A stretch of 64,000 bases of DNA from contig NC_043020.1 of assembly GCF_006345805.1 (NCBI RefSeq), positions 5,146,001 to 5,210,000 on the forward strand. Direction: 5' to 3'. This document shows positions 12,451-25,411 of this stretch, one piece after another (the stretch's first letter is position 1; each line of letters starts with the position of its first letter). The notes under the pieces are model-generated. The model had not been told where the DNA came from and did not search any database. It worked only from the letters and a program-made list of their open reading frames with translations. The stretch is from Octopus sinensis (lineage: Eukaryota). The position numbers were made by a program, and so were the translations under genes.

Positions 12451-12772
12451 TTCAGGAACGTATCGTAATCACTCTTTACTGGTCAGTTATTTGAGTGTGG
12501 CCATGCTGGGGCACCACATTGAATGGTTTAGTCGAACAAATCGAACCCCCAGGAATTATTCTTTTCTTTCAGTCATTTGAGTGTGGCCATGCTGGGGCAC
12601 CACCTTAAGGGTTTTTAGCCGAGCAATTTGACCCTGGGACTTATTCTTTGTAAGCCTAACACTCATTCTGTCGGTCTCTTTTGCCGAACTGTTAAGGTAC
12701 AGGAATGTAAACACACCAACATCGGTTGTCAAGTGGTGGTGGTGGTGGTGGGACAAACACAGGTGCAAGCAC

Positions 12773-12807
<35 letters not shown>

Positions 12808-12989
12808 GATGGGCTTCTTTCAGTTTCTGTCTCTCCCAAATCCACTCACAAGTCTTTGGTCGGCCCAAGACTATTGTCCATGGTGCTGCACAGTGGAACT
12901 GAACCTGGAACCATGTGGTTGGGAAGCAAGCTTTTTACTACACTGTCATGTCTGTGCCTATTATTTTTTTTTTTAAAGTTTGTTACTTA

Positions 12990-13114
12990 TTCTGTCGGTG
13001 TGTTTTCAGTCCCACTGCGTGGCACCTTAGGCAAGTGTCTTCTGCTGTAGCCTCAGGCTGACCAAAGCCTTGTGAGTGGATTTGGTAGATGGAAACTGAA
13101 AGAAGCCTGTCGTA

Positions 13115-13158
<44 letters not shown>

Positions 13159-13510
13159 TAGATAGATACAAAAGTGGCTGTGTGGTAAGTACCTTGCTTA
13201 CCAACCACATGGTTCCAGTTTCAGTCCCACTGTGTGGCACCTTGGGCAAGTGTTTCCTACTATAGCCTCGGGCCGACCAAAGCCTTGTGTGTGGATTTGG
13301 TAGATGGAAACTGAAAGAAGCCTGTTGGATATATATATATATATATATATATAGATACAAAAGTGGCTGTGAGGTAAGTAGCTTGCTTACCAACCACATG
13401 GTTCCAGTTTCAGTCCCACTGCGTGGCACCTTGGGCAAGTGTCTCCGTTAGCCTCGAGCTGACCAAAGCCTTGTGTGTGGATTTGGTAGATGGAAACTGA
13501 AAGAAGCCCG
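12990..13510 (+). mobile_element. Three tandem 5' halves of SINE family 1
   Basis: Head-to-central-microsatellite segment repeated; units 2 and 3 share the ACAAAAGTGGCTGTG start and GGTTCCAGTTTCAG variant. Confidence 0.8.
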
Positions 13511-13559
13511 TCAAATATATAAGCGCAAAAGAGTTAAATATTTGACTCTCGCTTAATCA

Positions 13560-13895
13560 GTGATAGATTAAGAATGCCACTCTCTTTGACAAGATCAGAG
13601 ATGAAGAGATCATGTTGTGTTGGCCTGCCTCCACTGATAGAAATTTATGTTGGTTGGGACATCTACATGGGACGGACTTCTCAGATAGCTCTTTGACTCC
13701 CAATTATGCAAAGGGGGAAAGAAACCATGGAAGACCTTGACTGAGATTCAAAGATTCTGTAAAAATGGAACATGAAGTGGAAAGGTTTCGATGATAATAA
13801 TTGGTAAACCCAAGCAGAAAACCAACCAGGGCAGAGAGAGCTTATCAAGTCCTGCCAAAGCCATGAATGGTCATAATCATGATGACTGACTGACT
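13560..13895 (+). mobile_element. Degenerate RTE-type LINE ORF2 3' fragment
   Basis: Frameshifted LCWLGHL...GRP*LRFKDSVK motifs. Confidence 0.6.
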
Positions 13896-13896
13896 G

Positions 13897-14905
13897 CATC
13901 ATCATCATTTAACGTCCATTGTCCATGCTGGCATGGGTTGGACAGTGTGGCCAGAGCTGGCAAGCTGGGGAACTGCATGAGACTCCAGTCTAATTTGGCA
14001 TGGTTCCTACGGATGGATGCCCTTCCTAACGCCAACCACTTTACAGAGTGTGCTGGGTCTTTTTACATGGCACTGCATGGGTGCTTTTACAGAGCACCAC
14101 ATGGCTTTGACGGGTCACTGCACAGGTGCTTTTACGGGGCACTGCACAGGCGCTTTTACGGAGCACCACACAGGCACTTTTAGGTGGCACCGCACAGGTG
14201 CTTTTACGTGGGGCCACACAGGCGCTTTTATGTAGGGCCACACAGGCGCTTTTATGTAGGGCCACACAGGCGCTTTTATGTGGGGCCACACAGGCGCTTT
14301 TATGTGGGGCCACACAGGCGCTTTTACGTGGGGCCACACAGGCACTTTTATGTGGGGCCACACAGGCGCTTTTACGTGGGCCCACACAGGCGCTTTTACG
14401 TGGGCCCACACAGGCACTTTTATGTGGGTCCACACAGGTGCATTTATGTGGGTCCCCACAGGCGCTTTTACGTGGGGCCACACAGGCGCTTTTACGTGGG
14501 TCCACACAGGCACTTTTACGTGGGTCCCCACAGGCGCTTTTACGTGGGGCCACACAGGCGCTTTTACGTGGGTCCACACAGGCGCATTTACGTGGGGCCA
14601 CACAGGCATTTTATGTGGATCCACATAAAAGGCACTTTTATGTGAGCCCACACAGGTGCTTTTATGCGGCACTGTCACAAGTGCTTTACACCACCCGAAG
14701 GATCGGTCTTAACACTTCTGCTGCAAGGTACAGGTCTTCTTGAACATGGCCAGGTGCCAGGTATCTCGCGAAAGGCTCAGGTTCCCAGGGTCATTCTTCA
14801 GTACTTCATCCTGTGTCTTCCTGGGTCTCCCACTTCTATGTGTTCCATCCACTTGGATAAATCAGCACTAATTTACGGAGCTGTCAGCATCCATCCACAT
14901 CACAA
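13897..14905 (-). mobile_element. RTE-type LINE 3' end (ORF2 C-terminus, 3' UTR with 24-bp minisatellite, (GAT)n tail)
   Basis: Minus strand 14860-14710 reads VDGTHRSGRPRKTQDEVLKND...DTWHLAMFKKT; then repeat array, GGTTGGCGTTAGGAAGGGCATCC motif and TAAATGATGATG tail. Confidence 0.8.
14105..14690. repeat. 24-bp minisatellite (18 regular units plus degenerate edges)
   Basis: Unit CACACAGGCGCTTTTA(C/T)GTGGG(G/T/C)C. Confidence 0.95.
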
Positions 14906-15485
14906 ATTATAATAACGTAATCCTTAAAGGCAAAAAGCAAATAGCCAACACCATGCTAAGCCCCTGGTTCCTCAGTCCAGAAGTTCCATTCTGTTTTTTA
15001 GGTAGGTCCACCATCAATCGCTGGGTTCCCAGCCCATATTACTAATTGTTATTAGCTGAGTGGACCCAAGCAGTTACTCTCAACCATTTTTTTTTTTTTT
15101 TATCTATGAACCCCTTTAATTCCTATCTTACTTGGGTGGACCCTCATAACCATTTGATGTATAAAAAATCCTATTTTTGTAATTAAATATTATTTGGAAT
15201 TTTATAGAAAAAAATTTTTTTTATTTTGAATCTTGTAGAATTATAACCAATTTATTGCACAACAAATTTTGGTTTCAAATTTTGACACAAGGCCAGCAAT
15301 TTTGGGTTTGGGGGCTAATCAATTACATTGGCCCCAGTGCTCAACTGGTACTTATTTTATCAACCCCTAAAGGATGAAGGGCAAAGCTGACCTTGGCAGA
15401 ATTCAAACTCTGAATATAATAATAGATTGAAATGCCACTAAGCATTTTGGTGGGCTTTCTAATGATTCTGCCAGCTCACCACCTC

Positions 15486-15519
<34 letters not shown>

Positions 15520-15795
15520 TGATAATAATAATGATTGTTAAGAGAACCTGTTAAGAAGGCCTACTAATGATTCTACCAGCTCGTTGCCTTAATAATAATT
15601 ATAATATTAGTCTTTTATTTGTTTCAGTCATTTGACTGTGGCCATGCTGGAGCACTGCCTTTTTAATCGAGCAAATTGACCCCAGGACTTATTCTTTGTA
15701 AGCCTGGTACTTATTCTATTGGTCTCTTTTGCCAAACCGCTAAGTTACGGGGATGTAAAGCGATGTTGGGAGGGACAAATACACACACACAAACA

Positions 15796-15844
<49 letters not shown>

Positions 15845-16547
15845 TATATATGATGGGCTTCTTTCAGTTTCCGTCTACCAAATCCACTCACAGGGCTTTG
15901 GTCAGCCTGAGGCTATAGTAGAAGACACTTGTCCATGATGCCACACAGTGGGACTGAACCCAGAACCATGTGGTTGGTAAGCAAGCTACTTACCACACAG
16001 CCACTCCTACGCCTACTACTACTAATTTTTTTCTCTCTGCTATTATTTGCACATTAAATTTTAATGGCAAAATCTTCTCTGGACCTCAGCTGAGAACCAT
16101 CAAACTATGTGAAATGAAGAATTTTGTTCAAGAACACAGCACAACACATCACCCGGCCTCGGAATTGAAACCACAATCTTATGATCATGAGTCCAACACA
16201 CTTACCACTAAGTTGCACATGTCTATCTTGAAAGGATAAAAATAAATTGGACCATGGCAGGATTTGAACTCAAGATATTTTGCCTAATGCTCTAATGATT
16301 CTACTAGTCCACCTTTGCTGTTGTTGTTGTTGTTGTTGTTTTAAGGTCCATTTTTCTATGCTTACATGGGTCAAGCTGAATTTCTTGAGGCAGATTTACG
16401 TACAGCTGGGTGCCCTTGCTGTTGCCAACCCTTATCTGTTTCCAAGCAAAGTAATATTTTCCCATAGCTACACATGTTTTTCACAGACGACTGGAAACGG
16501 AGTTGTGGTATAAGCTGTGATGCATTCCTCGTTGACCATTTTCCCTC

Positions 16548-17020
16548 CATGGAAATTGTAGCTGTGGTACCAGTGCCGGTGGCACGTAAGAGAACCATCC
16601 GAACGTGGCCATTGCCAGCGCCGCCCCAACTGGCCTCCGTGCCGGTGGCACGTAAAAAGCACCATCCGAATGTGGCCATTGCCAGCGCCGCCCCAACTGG
16701 CCTCCGTGCCGGTGGCACGTAAAAAGCACCATCCGATTGTGGCCATTGCCAGCCTCATCTGGCCCCCGTGCCGGTGGCACGTAAAAAGCGCCACCTGATC
16801 GTGGCTGTTTTTCCAGCCTCCTCTGGCACCTGTGCAGGTGGCACATAAAAGCACCCACTACACTCTCGGAGTGGTTGGCGTTAGGAAGGGCATCCAGCTG
16901 TAGAAACACTGCCAGATCAGACTGGGCCTGGCGCAGCCTCCTGGCTTTCCAGACCCCAGTTGAACCGTCCAACCCATGCTAGCATGGAAAACGGACGTTA
17001 AACGATGATGATGATGATGA
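16548..17020 (+). mobile_element. RTE-type 3' UTR (or derived SINE) with five 62-67-bp tandem units and (GAT)n tail
   Basis: GTGCCGGTGGCAC hairpin motif at 16573, 16639, 16706, 16768, 16832; same terminal motif as 13897-14050. Confidence 0.8.
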
Positions 17021-17549
17021 TCTCTTTTGTACTCCAGCATCCAGGCACACTAACATTGTGCATCCATTGAAGCCTGCTCATATCACAGAGCCATAAAATA
17101 TATTTTTTTTTTACTCTTTTACTTGTTTCAGTCATTTGACTGCGGCCATGCTGGAGCACCGCCTTTAGTCGAGTAAATCGACCCTGGGACTTATTCTTTG
17201 TAAGCCCAGTACTTATTCTATCGGTCTCTTTTGCCAAACCGCAAAGTGATGGGGACGTAAACACACCAGCATCGGTTGTCAAGCAATGCTAGGGGGACAA
17301 GCACAGACACACAAACACACACACATATTTATATATATACATATATACGACAGGCTTCTTTCAGTTTCCATCTACCAAATCCACTCACAAGGCATTGGTC
17401 GGCCCGGGGCTATAGCAGAAGACACTTGCCCAAGATGCCACGCAGTGGGACTGAACCCGGAACCACGTGGTTGGTAAGCAAGCTACTTACCACACAGCCA
17501 GAGGAAAACAGCCTTTGTTTCCCCTCAGGAGCAATAACTTCCTGACCCC

Positions 17550-18035
17550 TTTTCTAAGCCATTCTCAACCTGATAACTTTTAGAGCAACTTCCTCTCCTG
17601 CTAATTAGGTTACCAGGGTAACAGAAGCTATCAACTACTTACTAGTGAGCCATCTGGGCATTGAACTGAATCTATGCTTGGTGTGTTCCATGGACGTACT
17701 GCTCTAGTGCATCTGTCACCTATGAAGCTTACTTTCTTTATGAGCCTACCTGTGATTCCAGTACTGTAGGGCCATATGCTGTGCCAAGCTTACACTCGGT
17801 GCAGCATGTGGAGTTTACACCTACTCCTTTTTTGCATATTGATCAAGGCCCATTTGTCTGAAGGCCCCAGGATCTGGGCTTTTTTTTTCTTTTCTACTCA
17901 CAAAATCCTTCATTTTTGCTCAGTTTACTTTATGACCTTTCAGTTCTCAGTTTAGCTTCAATTCTTGGAATTTCCTCTCTTAATTCCCCTCAAGCTTTTG
18001 ACAAATAAATCCCCAACATACTGGAGTTCTCATGG
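17550..18035 (-). mobile_element. Degenerate RTE-type LINE reverse-transcriptase fragment with Cys-rich insertion
   Basis: PWELQYVGDL (YADD-derived), KGHKVN*AKMK, GVGVNSTCCTECK, DRCT, VVDSFCYPG on minus strand, many stops and frameshifts. Confidence 0.75.
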
Positions 18036-18047
18036 ACAGTGAGCCTT

Positions 18048-18274
18048 AACCCTTTTGCTACTAACCCGGCCAAAACCGGCTCTGGCTCTGTGGTAAAATG
18101 TCTTGTTTTCATAAGTTTTGAATTAAAATCTTCCACCAAACCTTAGTCTCAATTTATGTTCCTAACACTAGCTGAATGATAACTAAGTTATTTTACTAAA
18201 TTCTTTGTTATATTTAAAATTAATTGAAAGAAACACAGAGCATCTCGAAATTAATACAGTAATGAAAGGGTTAA
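18048..18274. mobile_element. piggyBac-type MITE (solo copy)
   Basis: TTAA-CCCTTT...AAAGGG-TTAA, about 225 bp; same family as 34564-35118 and 57317-57800. Confidence 0.85.
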
Positions 18275-19289
18275 ACTCCTTTGTGTGATGGCAGAATTGT
18301 TAGCACGCAGGACAAAATGTTCAGTAGCATTTCTTCGGGCTCTACATTCTGAGTTCAAATTCCATCGAGGCTGACTTTGCTTTACGTCCTTTTGGGGCCA
18401 ATAAAAAAAAGGGGTGTGACTGTGTGGTAAGAAGCTTGCTTCCCAATCACAAGTTCTGGGTCCAGTCCTACTGTGTGGCACCTTGTGCAAATGTCTTCTA
18501 CTATAGCCTTGGGTCAACCAAAGCCTTGTGAGTTGATTGCGAAATGCTTTGTGGTATTTCGTCTGCTGTTACGTTCTGTGTTCAAATTCCACCGAGGTCG
18601 ACTTTGCCTTTCATCCTTTCATGGTCAATTAAATAAGTACCAGTTATGCACTGGGGTCAATGTAATTGACTTAATCCGTTTGTCTGTCCTTGTTTGTTCC
18701 CTCTGTGTTTAGCCCCTTGTGGGTAGTAAAGAAATTGGTCTTGCAAAAAATTTAGTATTTAAACCAACCATGTATTTAGTATTTAAACCAACCATGTCCA
18801 GCCAAAATATTCTACCCATTTTATTGGCCATATCCAGCCTTTTACACCTATCCTACAAAGCCATTCCAAAAAATAAAATGTTACATCATTGAAATCTCAG
18901 CACATAAAGATAATGCAAGATTAACCCGAAACAATTTGAATTAATGAGGATTATATTTGGCAGTAATCCGAATGTTAAAGGGTTAAGATATCTCTTATCC
19001 TTTTACTGGTTTCAGTCAGTGTGCGGCCATGCTGGGGCACTCCCTTGAAGAGTTTTTAGTGAAATGAACCAACTCCAGTACTTTTGTACTTTTTTCCCTT
19101 AGCCTGGTACCTATTCTGTTTGTATCTTTTGCCAAACCGTTAAGTTATAGGAATGTAAACAAACCAACACCGGTTATCAAGATAACATGTTTATCAGGAA
19201 TCAAATTTAAAGTAAATAGAAAATGGAGAAATATTGATCAACAACAATTGACTTACATCAATTATTTTTTTTAACATGGTCCGCTGGAT

Positions 19290-19660
19290 CATGTTAGCTT
19301 CATTTCTTTCAAGCCTACGCATGTCCTCCACCGTCACAGCCCATGTTTCACTGCCGTGAAGCATGGCAGTTCGCACACATTTATTGTACAATCTACCTTT
19401 CACTCTGAACGAGAGGCCCTTTGACACTAGTAGGGGTAAAAGCTTTAAACTTTGCCCAGGCTATACTTATTCTAGTGGTAACACTCTCTGAGCATCCACC
19501 CCCCCACTACTAACTTGGTCACCTAGGTAGCAGAAGCTATCAACTACTTCTAGTTTCTCTCCCTGGAGTGTGATGGAATCTATTTTCTGAACATCTGTGG
19601 TGTTTATTGCCCCTGTGCATCTGCTGCACACGAAAGCTATCTTCCCGGTTAATCTTCCTT
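19290..19660 (-). mobile_element. RTE-type LINE ORF2 fragment
   Basis: KGRLTGKIAFVCSRCTG...LEVVDSFCYLGDQVSSGG then KGLSFRVKGRLYNKCVRTAMLHGSETWAVTVEDMRRLERNE. Confidence 0.85.
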
Positions 19661-19662
19661 TG

Positions 19663-19738
<76 letters not shown>

Positions 19739-22718
19739 ATAAGATCGTTAAATTAAATATTGATCTTATCAAATGGTCAGCATGGGAATAAAAACCTTCA
19801 AGGTAATTATTATTAAAATTATAATTTAGGGTATCTAAGAGATACCACCACACTGGAAATAGCAGTCAAAACCTGACTCTAAAACCACATTAAATGTTCA
19901 TACAGCACCAGGAAAGAAGACAAAAAGACAAAATAAACTAGCAAAAAATTACTGGATAATAATCTTATATATATATATATATATACTCTTTTACTTGTTT
20001 CAGTCATTTGACTGCGGCCATGCTGCAGCACCGCCTTTAATCGAGCAACTCAACCCCGGAGCTTATTCTTTGTAAGCCCAGTACTTATTCTATCGGTCTC
20101 TTTTGCCGAACCGCTAAGTGACGGGGACATAAACACATCAGCATCGGTTGTCAAGCAATGCTAGGGGAACAAACACACAAACACACACATGCATATATAC
20201 ATATATACGATGGGCTTCTTTCAGTTTCCGTCTACCAAATTCACTCACAAGGCTTTGGTCGACCTGAGGCTATAGTAGAAGACACTTGCCCAGGTTGCCA
20301 TGCAGTGGGACTGAACCCGGAACCATGTGGTTGGTAAACAAGCTACTTACCACACAGATATATATATATCATCATCATTTAATGTTTTCCATGCTAGCAT
20401 AGGCTGGACACTTTGACAGGAGCTAGTAAGACTGGGTGCTGCTCCAGGCTCCAATTGTCTGTTTTCGCAAGGTTTCTGTGGCTGAATTCTCTTCTTAACA
20501 CCAACCACTTACAAAGTGTATTGGGTGCTTTTTATGTGGCACCACCACCAATGGGGTCACCAAGTAATTTGCAAGATCAATACTCAGTTCATTTTGGGGA
20601 AGAAGTAGTGGAGAGGGTTGCGGTGGTTTTGTGCCAGTTGATGAAGAGATCAGAGGGACAGGGGTAGGTGTTTTGATGGAGATTAGATGCCGGAATACTT
20701 CAGTTTGAAAAAGGAAGGAGGGTCAGTGAGGGGGTAAGATAAGGAGAGCAATACTGAGAGAGGAGGTGGTGGGGAGGGAGGTATGGAATTTATGGACACT
20801 GGGTGGTAGGGTTGGGTTCGATGATAAGTGAACTGATAAAGAGTCTTGGATGGGGTGGGTAGGTTGGAGGCGACAGGCATATGATGGAGTGAGGTGGAGG
20901 AGAAGCTCAGCAGGGTTGTTGTAGGGGTGTGAGGGCATTGAGGGTGACAGCAGATAAAGAAGGTGTTAATGATGGAGAACAACGCTTATATGTATGTATT
21001 TTTGCGTGTGTATATTTGCATATATCTCTGTTTATATGTAGTGTATATTTGTATGTATTTGTATGTGTATATGTGTGTATACATATATTTGTGTGTATAT
21101 ATGTATTTGTATATATTTGTGTATGTGTGTCTATATATTTGTGTGTATATATGTATTTGTGTATATGTGTGTATTTGTGTGTATATGTATGTATTTGTGT
21201 ATATATATGTGTGTGTGTATTTGTGTATATATATGTATGTATTTGTGCATATATATATATGTATATATTTGTGTATATATATATGTATATATTTGTGTGT
21301 ATATATATATATATGTGTATTTGTGTGTGTGTATATATATTTGTGTGTATATATATATATATGTGTATTTGTGTGTGTGTATATATATTTGTGTGTATAT
21401 ATATATATGTGTATTTGTGTGTGTGTATATATATTTGTGTATATATATAGATATATATGTGTGTATTTGTGTGTATATATGTGTATTTGTGTGTATATAT
21501 ATATATGTGTGTGTATTTGTGTATATTTGTGAGCGTATATATGTATTTGTGTGCACATGTGTGTGCATATATGTACGTACTTGTATATATATGTATATAT
21601 TTGTTGTATGTTTGTATAGAGAGAATGATAACGATATAAATGTCTATATATTCTATTATATACATCATGTAATATCTCTGCTCAAGCCTACCATTGTTGG
21701 CACCGAGACATTATTCTAAAGACATCATGTGCTGCATTGACAGCGAGCATTGCAATGCAGAAGCCATTGTCCAGGAGGCTGAAGTCACGTCCAGAGAACT
21801 GAATGATGCTTCAAGCCTAGACTTCTCTCAGACTAATGGACTGACCACTGAAGAATTGCTCGCTCAACCACGCTGTATCTTTAACGAATTTAATAATTAG
21901 GATATCAATCACCAACTGAACACACATGACAGCGGATGGTGGATGCTACAGACCAAGACATCAAATGGAAGCTGACGCAAAAATGGATGCTTAACTACAA
22001 CAGTAACAGGGAATGCTGATCGTATTTAATGGATTTCTCCAAGGATGTGTCTAACTTCAAAGTCAGACATTTGTACCTTGTTTACACGAGTGGGTATACA
22101 TTCTAAGCCCTTGGTCTAAACTGCTTTAGGGAAATCACACCATTGTTCCCTTTCTTCCATCACTTTCATGCAGTTGATGCACCATTCAGCCATTCATCCT
22201 TAAAATATTTGTTTTTCTTTTACCCCTTTCTTCATTCGCACCTGTCCATCCACCCCCTTTCTCCATCTCCTTCATCAATAAGGAAATCGATTTTGGAGGA
22301 GTGTGAGAATTTTCCAAGACTCCCTTAAAAGAAAAGAATAATTGTCACCAGTACACTGTGAGTGGACCTGGTTGATGGAAACTGAAAGAAGCCTGTCGTA
22401 TATAATGTGTATGTGTGTCTTTGTTCCTGCTACCAATGCTTGATGACTGCTTTAGGTCCCAGTCACTTAGCAGTTCAGCAAAAGAGATTGATAGAATAAG
22501 AACAAAACTTCAAAAAAAAAAAAAAAAATAGATACCAGAGTAAAATATATTATCATCATCGTGCATCAATTTTCCATGGTGGTATGGTTTGACATATCTG
22601 TATAAAGGATCAATCCCCCTGCGTGGCACCTTGGGCAAGTGTCTTCTGCTATAGCCTCAGGCTGACCAAAACCTTGTGGGTGGATTTGGTAGATGGAAAA
22701 TGGAAGAAGTCTGTCGTA

Positions 22719-22855
22719 CACTAGCATAACTAACGTGGGGTGGTAGGGGCGGTCCGCCCCGGGTGGCACTTTTGGGTCTGCTCTAAGTAATATGTGTCCG
22801 GGGGCAGCAAACGGAAGGGCCGCCTCGGGTGGCACACACTTTTGCTATACCAGTG
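22719..22855. mobile_element. 137-bp MITE with 8-bp TSD inserted in a SINE1 copy
   Basis: Decayed TIR CACT(G/A)G(C/T)ATA(G/A)C; TSD CTGTCGTA at 22711-22718 and 22856-22863. Confidence 0.75.
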
Positions 22856-23145
22856 CTGTCGTATATTTGTATGCATGTGTGTGTGTCAATGTTTGTCTCC
22901 CTCCACCGCTTGAGAACCGGTGTTGGTGTGTTTACATCCTTGTAAACTAGCAGTTCAGCAAAGAAGACCAACAGAATAGATACAAGGCTTAGAAAAAAAA
23001 AAGGGTTTTGAGTTGATTCATTCGACTACAAATTCTTCATGATGGTGCCCCAGGCTGGCTGCAGTCAAAATGACCAAAACAAAACATAAAGACATATATA
23101 TATATATATATTATATATATTATATATATATATATATATAGTATC

Positions 23146-23550
23146 ACAGGAGTGGCTGTGTGGTAAGTAGCTTGCTAACCAACCACATGGTTCCGGGTTC
23201 AGTCCCACTGTGTGGCATCTTGGGCAAGTGTCTTCTGCTATAGCCCCGGGCCGACCAATGCCTTGTGAGTGGATTTGGTAGACAGAAACTGAAAGAAGCC
23301 TGTCGTATATATGTATATATATGTGTGTATGTGTGTGTGTTTGTGTGTGTGAGTTTGTCCCCCTAGCATTGCTTGACAACCGATGGTGGTGTGTTTACGT
23401 CCCCGTCACTTAGTGGTTCGGCAAAAGAGACCGATAGAATAAGTACTGGGCTTACAAAGAATAAGTCCCGGGGTCGATTTGCTCGACTAAAGGCGGTGCT
23501 CCAGCATGGCCGCAGTCAAATGACTGAAAAAAGTAAAAGAGTAAAAGAGT
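23146..23550 (+). mobile_element. Full-length SINE family 1 copy
   Basis: A and B boxes, central microsatellite and AAAAGAGT tail. Confidence 0.9.
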
Positions 23551-23658
23551 ATATAATGTTTCTTGTCCTGTTTTCCATTTGTTTCTCTTGTTGTTTTCGT
23601 ATTTCATGATTGTCTACTTTTGGTGACGTCCCATACCCATATATGCTTATATGTATAT

Positions 23659-23877
23659 CAGTGCTTTTCAAACTTTTTGCTGGAGTGGAACCCCAAGGAA
23701 ACATTCCACTGGCTCGAGGAACCCCTGTGCAATAATTTGATAGTGTTATGCACACTTATCTGCACAGGAGAATTAAAGATTACTGTCGATTTTAGCAGTT
23801 TTGTAACTTCTTGCGGAACCCCTGGACTGTACTGGCGGAGCCCTAAGGTTCTGCGGAACCCTGGTTGAAAACCACTG
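23659..23877. mobile_element. hAT-type MITE
   Basis: CAGTGCTTTTCAAAC / GTTGAAAACCACTG termini; perfect 8-bp TSD ATGTATAT. Confidence 0.88.
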
Positions 23878-24824
23878 ATGTATATATATATGTGTGTGTG
23901 TGTGTGTATGTGTATATATGTGTGTGTGTGTGTATATATATATGTGTGTGTGTGTGTATATATATATGTACGTGTGTGTGTGTATATATATATAAATGTG
24001 TGTGCTGTTGTATTGTATATATATATACGTGTGTGTGTGTGTATATATTATATGTGGTGTGTGTATATATATATGTGCGCGTGTGTGTGTGTGTGTATAT
24101 ATGTGCGTGTGTGGATATATACATATGTACGTGGTGTGTGTTATATAATATTGTATGTACGTGTGTGTATATATATATAAGTGTGTGTTGTGTGTGTTAT
24201 ATGTGTGCGTGTGTGTATATATAGTATGTGTGCGTGTATATATGATGTGCGTATATGTGTGTGTGTGTGTATGTGGTGTGTGTATATATATATGTACGTG
24301 TGTGTGTATATATTATGTATGTACGTGGTGTGTGTGTATATATATATATACTAAGTGTGTGTGTGTTATATATTATGTGTGCGTGTGTGTATATATATAT
24401 GTTGGCGTCGTATATATATGTGTGTGTGTGTATTCGTGTATATCTGGACGCACACCCATGCATATATATATATACAAGACGGCTTAATAGTAGATAGTAG
24501 TTGTCTAGAAAAATGTCACGAATGTTGTAAAGTAAGTTTGGTTGTTGTATTATAGCCGCATAGTTGTGTCTCGTAAGTGATTGAGTGACTGGAGCGAGGA
24601 AAAAAAATAAATAATAAAACTGCTTCGCTTCGTTCTATGAATATCTTGTTCACAATCCGGCGTAGTGTCGGATGTTCCTGCGTGACGCAAGCAACAATGA
24701 TAGTAGTTATTGTTATAAACGATGATGATGATGTTAAGGAAGTTTAGTTGTAGCCTCATAGATCTGTTCTATAAGTGATCGGGTGATTGCAAAGGGTGTG
24801 AAATGAAGATCTGTTCATAAGTCG

Positions 24825-25215
24825 GTGGCGAAATGCGTAGCCGTATTTCGTCTGCCGTTACGTTCCGAGTTCAAATTCCGCCGAGGTCGACTTTGCCTTT
24901 CATCCTTTCGGGGTCGACAAATTTAAGTACCAGTTACGCACTGGAGGGTCGATGTAATCGACTTAATAACTATGTCTGTCTTTGTTTGTCCCCTCTATGT
25001 TTAGCTCCTTGTGGGTAGTAAAGAAATAGGTATTTCGTCTGACGCTACGTTCTGAGTTCAAATTCCGCCGAGGTCGACTTTGCCTTTCATCCTTTCGGGG
25101 TCGATAAATTTAAGTACCAGTTACGCACTGGGGGGTCTATGTAATCGACTTAATACCTTTGTCTGTCCTTGTTTGTCCCCTCTATGTTTAGCCCCTTGTG
25201 GGTAATAAAGAAATA
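24825..25215 (+). mobile_element. Two tandem head-truncated SINE family 2 units
   Basis: Same AAAGAAATA|GGTATTTCG junction as the 10240-10797 array. Confidence 0.85.
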
Positions 25216-25411
25216 GGTATAATATCGTTGCCCTCCGTGACGCAAACAGCAACAATGGTGAGTGCGCGCACCGGGACCACTGTTCGCTAGTAGTACCCAT
25301 GGTAATTCTTTTATTAGCAACAAGGGCTTACATAAAACAACATCAACGGACATGGAACACCGTAAAAGACAACACAAGACGAAACAAAGGGTTTCCAGCG
25401 TGTTAACAATA

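Noticed and set aside
14041-14743. ORFs in several frames (VGPHRRFY, ATQALLRG repeats) and CRISPR-like look
   Set aside because: 24-bp unit lacks stops; no unique spacers; lies in a LINE 3' UTR.
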